Positions 60,505 through 64,000 of a DNA stretch of 64,000 bases are shown here, piece after piece (the stretch's first letter is position 1; each line of letters starts with the position of its first letter). The stretch lies in the NCBI GenBank assembly GCA_963812135.1, contig CAWETU010000001.1, positions 1,760,001 through 1,824,000 on the forward strand, given 5' to 3'. This DNA comes from Vulcanimicrobiota bacterium. Its GTDB lineage: Bacteria; Vulcanimicrobiota; Vulcanimicrobiia; Eremiobacterales; Eremiobacteraceae. The translations under genes were made by a program, and so were the position numbers. The notes beneath the pieces are model-generated. The model saw nothing but the letters and a program-made list of their open reading frames with translations, was not told where the DNA came from and searched no databases.

Positions 60505-61774
60505 CGAGTATCGGGCGCGGCTCGGCGTGCGCGTCCGCCATCCACGCCGGAACCAGCCATTGCAATGTCGCTGCGCGCTCCCCGATTCGCACCGGCGCGA
60601 CGATGGCGAAGTGCGGGCTGCGCGCCGGCAACGCGCCCTCTGCCAAGCGGACGAACCGGCCAGGACTACCCGCGATCGTCGGAAGCTTTTCCGCGAAGCC
60701 GCGCATCGCGGCGCGCAATACGGCTTCGACCGCGTCGAGCGCGACAGCGCCGGGTTCGCCCGCCTCTTCGTCTTCCGCGTGAAGCGCGGTGGCCGCGACG
60801 TTGGCAACGGTTTCGCGATCGGCGCTGAGCACCAGCGAGCCGTGGCCGCCCGCGATCAACGCAAGTTTGAGATCGCCGCGCTGCAGCACCGGCGTGTCGA
60901 CGCGGGCAACGCGCATCGCCTCCAGCGCCGTGGCGCAATGCAACATCTCAGCAAGGCGCGCGCGCGCGCCTTCCACTGCGGCGCCGAAGCCGCTGTCAGT
61001 CTCGTCGATCGCGCGCGCGGCGAGCACGCGTTGGCGTACCTCCGGGCTTTTCAATCCGGGCTCAGGCGCGGCGTGCACCACTTCGCGCGGTGCAACGACC
61101 GGCTCGGGCGGCGGCGTTGGACGAGGAACGTCGGCGGGCCGAGCGCGCGGTTGCGGCGCCGAGATCGCACGGGCCTCGCGTTGTGCCGCGCTCGCGGTCC
61201 ACGCCCCGCGCAACTCGCCGAGCACCAAGGAGCCGCCGGCAACGGGCGTAGCTTGACGTCTCGCCACCTCGATGAAGCGTGCCTCTGTCGGCGCCGGCAG
61301 CCCGCTCGCCGCGGCGATCACGCGCAGCATCTCAAGCATCCCGCCCTCGAGCGCGCGTCCGATGCGTCCGCGCTTGCCGTGTTTCGTATTCGTACCATCC
61401 CCGCCGATCGCGACATCCACCAACGCGGCGGCCAACGCAGCGTCGAGGTCGACGTGCAGCGCGATCGCGCCTTCGGTCTCAAAGCGCAAGGCGTCGGTGG
61501 GCCGCGGTGCGTCGGGGAGCGCCGCGCACGCGATTTCTCGTCCGAGATACGATCCGAGGGCGCGTCCGATCGCATCCGCCAGCGTGCCGGCTTCGAGCGC
61601 CGCAGTCACCGCGGCGCTGACTCGCGCGATTTCCGGCAAAGGTGTTTCGAGGCGATCGGCGGCTATGGGCGCATCCACGCGCGGCGGCCCGGTCGCAGGC
61701 GACGCTGCGGGTTGCGTCTCGCCGCGCAGCGCGCCGACGAGCCGCTTGACATCGGTGTCGGTCAGGCGCGCCAT
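60494..61774 (-). CDS. Divergent FliM/CheC-like protein without a SPOA domain
   Basis: N-terminal LTDTDVKRLV (compare FliM LSQxEIDALL); LDAALAAALVDVAIGGDG GGxG motif; second CheC-like half. Confidence 0.5.
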   Translation of the reverse strand: MARLTDTDVKRLVGALRGETQPAASPATGPPRVDAPIAADRLETPLPEIARVSAAVTAALEAGTLADAIGRALGSYLGREIACAALPDAPRPTDALRFETEGAIALHVDLDAALAAALVDVAIGGDGTNTKHGKRGRIGRALEGGMLEMLRVIAAASGLPAPTEARFIEVARRQATPVAGGSLVLGELRGAWTASAAQREARAISAPQPRARPADVPRPTPPPEPVVAPREVVHAAPEPGLKSPEVRQRVLAARAIDETDSGFGAAVEGARARLAEMLHCATALEAMRVARVDTPVLQRGDLKLALIAGGHGSLVLSADRETVANVAATALHAEDEEAGEPGAVALDAVEAVLRAAMRGFAEKLPTIAGSPGRFVRLAEGALPARSPHFAIVAPVRIGERAATLQWLVPAWMADAHAEPRPILDVP

Positions 61775-62115
61775 GTCGCTCGGCGCGTGGCTCGTCGCAG
61801 CAAGCCGCGACGCAGCGTATCCCAGTGGCGTTGCCGCTCGCACGCCTGGTTTGCGGCAGTTTCGAGCGCGAGCGCATCGGTTTGCGCATCGGCGCTTCGA
61901 GCGCCGCAACACCGCACAAAGCGCTCGAGCAAGACGGATTCGAGATGCGTCCAGCGCCCCAAGCTATACAAACCGCTCGACGCCCGCTGCGCCTGCGCGG
62001 CGAGGAGCCGGGCACGCTCTCTGTCGCACGCTCCCGCGTGATTCAGCGCGGTCGCTTCCGCGCGCGCCTGAGCCGCGGCTCGCGCGATCGCGCGGAGCGT
62101 GTCTTTGCTTCTCAC
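61762..62115 (-). CDS. Helical hypothetical protein (FliJ-like?)
   Basis: 117-aa Ala/Arg-rich ORF coupled to the purA stop (GTGA overlap). Confidence 0.4.
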   Translation of the reverse strand: MRSKDTLRAIARAAAQARAEATALNHAGACDRERARLLAAQAQRASSGLYSLGRWTHLESVLLERFVRCCGARSADAQTDALALETAANQACERQRHWDTLRRGLLRRATRRATWRA

Positions 62116-63389
62116 GCCCGAGCGGGCAACGCGCCGACCGGCGCGTCCTCACGCACGATGATCTGAGAGCGCTCCGGGCCGACTGAGATATACGCGATAG
62201 GCACGCCGATCTCAGCGGCGAGCGCATCGAGATACGTGCGCGCATTTTTGGGAAGCGCATCGTAGCTGCGCGCGTTCGTGGTCTCTTCCGGCCAACCGGG
62301 AAAGCGACGCAGGACGGTCTTCGGCCGCGCGGCCATGGCGAACGGCAGCGATCCTTCGGGGACGCCCTCGTATGCAGTGCACATGCAGACTTCCTCGAGT
62401 CCGTCGAGCACATCGAGCTTCGTGATCGCCAGGTGCGTGAGGCCATTGACCTGCGCGACGTAACGTAAGGCGACCGCATCGATCCAGCCGCAGCGACGCG
62501 CGCGCCCGGTGACCGTGCCGAATTCTGCGCCCCGCTCGCGCAGGCGCTCGCCGATCGGGCCGTCGAGCTCGGTGGGGAACGGCCCCGCGCCCACTCTGGT
62601 GGCGTAGGCCTTGGCGACGCCGATCACGTGATCGACCTCCGTCGGCCCGAACCCGAGACCGGCGCCGGCGCCGCCGGCCACAGTGACCGACGACGTGACG
62701 AATGGGTACGTGCCGAATGTGACATCCAGCATCGCGCCTTGCGCGCCTTCGGCGATGACCCGTTTGCCCGCGTGGACGGCATCGTGCAGCAAGCCGATCG
62801 TGTCACGCACGTGCGGCAGAACAACAGCGGCTTGGCGTTCGAGATCCGCGACGATTGCAGCGGGATCGATGACGATGCCCTCTCGCTCGAGCTCGCGGCA
62901 ACGCCGTTCGATGATCTCGCGACACCGCGCAAGGTCGCGCAAGTCGCCGGCGCGCACACCCCGGCGCGCCGCGCGGTCGACGTAGGCGGGGCCGATGCCG
63001 TTGCCTGTGGTCCCGAGCGCCGCCGCACCGAGCGCGCGCTCGGCGGCGCGGTCTTGTTCGATGTGATACGGCAGGATGAGGTGGGCGAGATCGGAGAGCC
63101 AGACGCGCGAGATGTCGACACCGGCCGACTCCAGCGACTGCAGCTCTTGCGCGAACTGCGCGGGCGAGACGACCGTGCCGGGACCGATGATGCAATCCGC
63201 GACGCCGGCCAGCACGCCGCTGGGGACGATGCGCAGCTTATACGTCTTGTCTCCGACGCGCACGGTGTGGCCCGCATTCGCTCCGCCTCCGAAGCGTCCG
63301 ACGATCTGTGCGCCCGCCGCCAGGAAGTCGACGATGCGCCCTTTGCCTTCATCACCCCATTGCGCCCCGATGACAAGGGTTATAGCCAC
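62112..63389 (-). CDS. purA: Adenylosuccinate synthetase
   Basis: GAQWGDEGKG, GANAGHT, EGAQG..GTYPFVTSS, GTVTGRARRCGW, TKLDVL. Confidence 0.96.
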   Translation of the reverse strand: MAITLVIGAQWGDEGKGRIVDFLAAGAQIVGRFGGGANAGHTVRVGDKTYKLRIVPSGVLAGVADCIIGPGTVVSPAQFAQELQSLESAGVDISRVWLSDLAHLILPYHIEQDRAAERALGAAALGTTGNGIGPAYVDRAARRGVRAGDLRDLARCREIIERRCRELEREGIVIDPAAIVADLERQAAVVLPHVRDTIGLLHDAVHAGKRVIAEGAQGAMLDVTFGTYPFVTSSVTVAGGAGAGLGFGPTEVDHVIGVAKAYATRVGAGPFPTELDGPIGERLRERGAEFGTVTGRARRCGWIDAVALRYVAQVNGLTHLAITKLDVLDGLEEVCMCTAYEGVPEGSLPFAMAARPKTVLRRFPGWPEETTNARSYDALPKNARTYLDALAAEIGVPIAYISVGPERSQIIVREDAPVGALPARA

Positions 63390-63444
63390 GCGTGCCCCCT
63401 TCTTAATGAAGGGTGTTTTCGCGGAAATCGGCGGGAAACCCGCA

Positions 63445-63468
63445 CGGTCGAATAAATTCGACCGCTAC
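63445..63468 (-). repeat. 24-bp GTAG REP (family A), copy 3
   Basis: Identical to copies 1 and 2; begins 2 nt after the GH125 stop. Confidence 0.92.
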
Positions 63469-63470
63469 AT

Positions 63471-64000
63471 TCACATGCCGGGGATCGTCGGCGTCGGCAG
63501 CGGCGTGAAGCCCATCAGTCGATCGAGCACTAACTCCGAATACAGCGAGCATGGCCAGCCGAAGTTCGAGCGCGTGAACTGCGACGGCGTGTTCGGGTCG
63601 AACGATTCGTGCAAAAGATGATCGCCAGTGTCGGACGCTTGAAGCTGCGCGAGCACCGAGGTGACTTCGTTCGGATCGGTCGAGGTCAGCGCTTGCATGA
63701 CCAGCGCGAGCGGCCACACGTAGCCGTGCGGCGTGTGCGGGCTGCCGATCCCGCGCGCGTACTTGCCGGTGAAGTAGAACGGATCGTCTCCTGAGAGCAC
63801 GAAGCGCCGCGTGTTCATGTATATCCCGCTGTTGGCTTCCGCGAAGCCCATGTAGGGGATCGACAGAAGGCTCGGGACGTTGGCGTCGTCCATCAGGACG
63901 CTGTGGCCGAGGCCATCGACTTCGTACGCGTAGATGTAGCCGTACTTGGCAGTATAGACGATGCCGTATCGGTTGATACCGTCGATGATCCCCGAGCGCA
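63471..64000 (-). CDS. Glycoside hydrolase family 125, C-terminal part (runs off window end)
   Basis: YAYEVDG..MDDANVPSLLSIPY, GIGSPHT, LHESF..FTRSNFGW. Confidence 0.9.
   Translation of the reverse strand, partial: RSGIIDGINRYGIVYTAKYGYIYAYEVDGLGHSVLMDDANVPSLLSIPYMGFAEANSGIYMNTRRFVLSGDDPFYFTGKYARGIGSPHTPHGYVWPLALVMQALTSTDPNEVTSVLAQLQASDTGDHLLHESFDPNTPSQFTRSNFGWPCSLYSELVLDRLMGFTPLPTPTIPGM

Overview
64 kb of GC-rich bacterial chromosome. The gene repertoire (NHL-repeat lipoprotein, phosphoesterase, PDZ-aspartyl protease, GAAC-N4-GTTC SOS box) suggests a terrabacterial soil lineage such as Eremiobacterota/Vulcanimicrobiota; this is inference only. Housekeeping content: clpB (partial), imuA-imuB-dnaE2 behind a perfect LexA box, a PHA cluster (two phaB, phaC, XRE regulator, phasin-like gene), an M-box riboswitch ahead of an NRAMP-related Mg transporter, HU, aroQ, hslO, tyrS, mutS2, gatCAB, rlmD, purA, GH125 (partial), tRNA-Pro(GGG), and many secreted hypothetical proteins. 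Main observations: (1) a double-hairpin GTAG-type palindromic element sits in frame, in the same orientation and reading phase (peptide NVGPERSS), inside three DNA-metabolism genes (dnaE2, imuB, mutS2 twice), and a degenerate copy serves as the HU terminator; (2) a second, perfectly conserved 24-bp GTAG REP occurs at three gene ends; (3) a ~6.9 kb integrase-less island is bounded by a 30-bp duplication of the tRNA-Pro 3' end; (4) a pilin-like domain lies at the C-terminus of a 492-aa membrane protein; (5) an Rv0474/MLDSR-like regulator sits inside the PHA operon. Seven +1 frameshifts, including in gatB and aroQ, point to read insertion errors, so fine gene structure needs caution.
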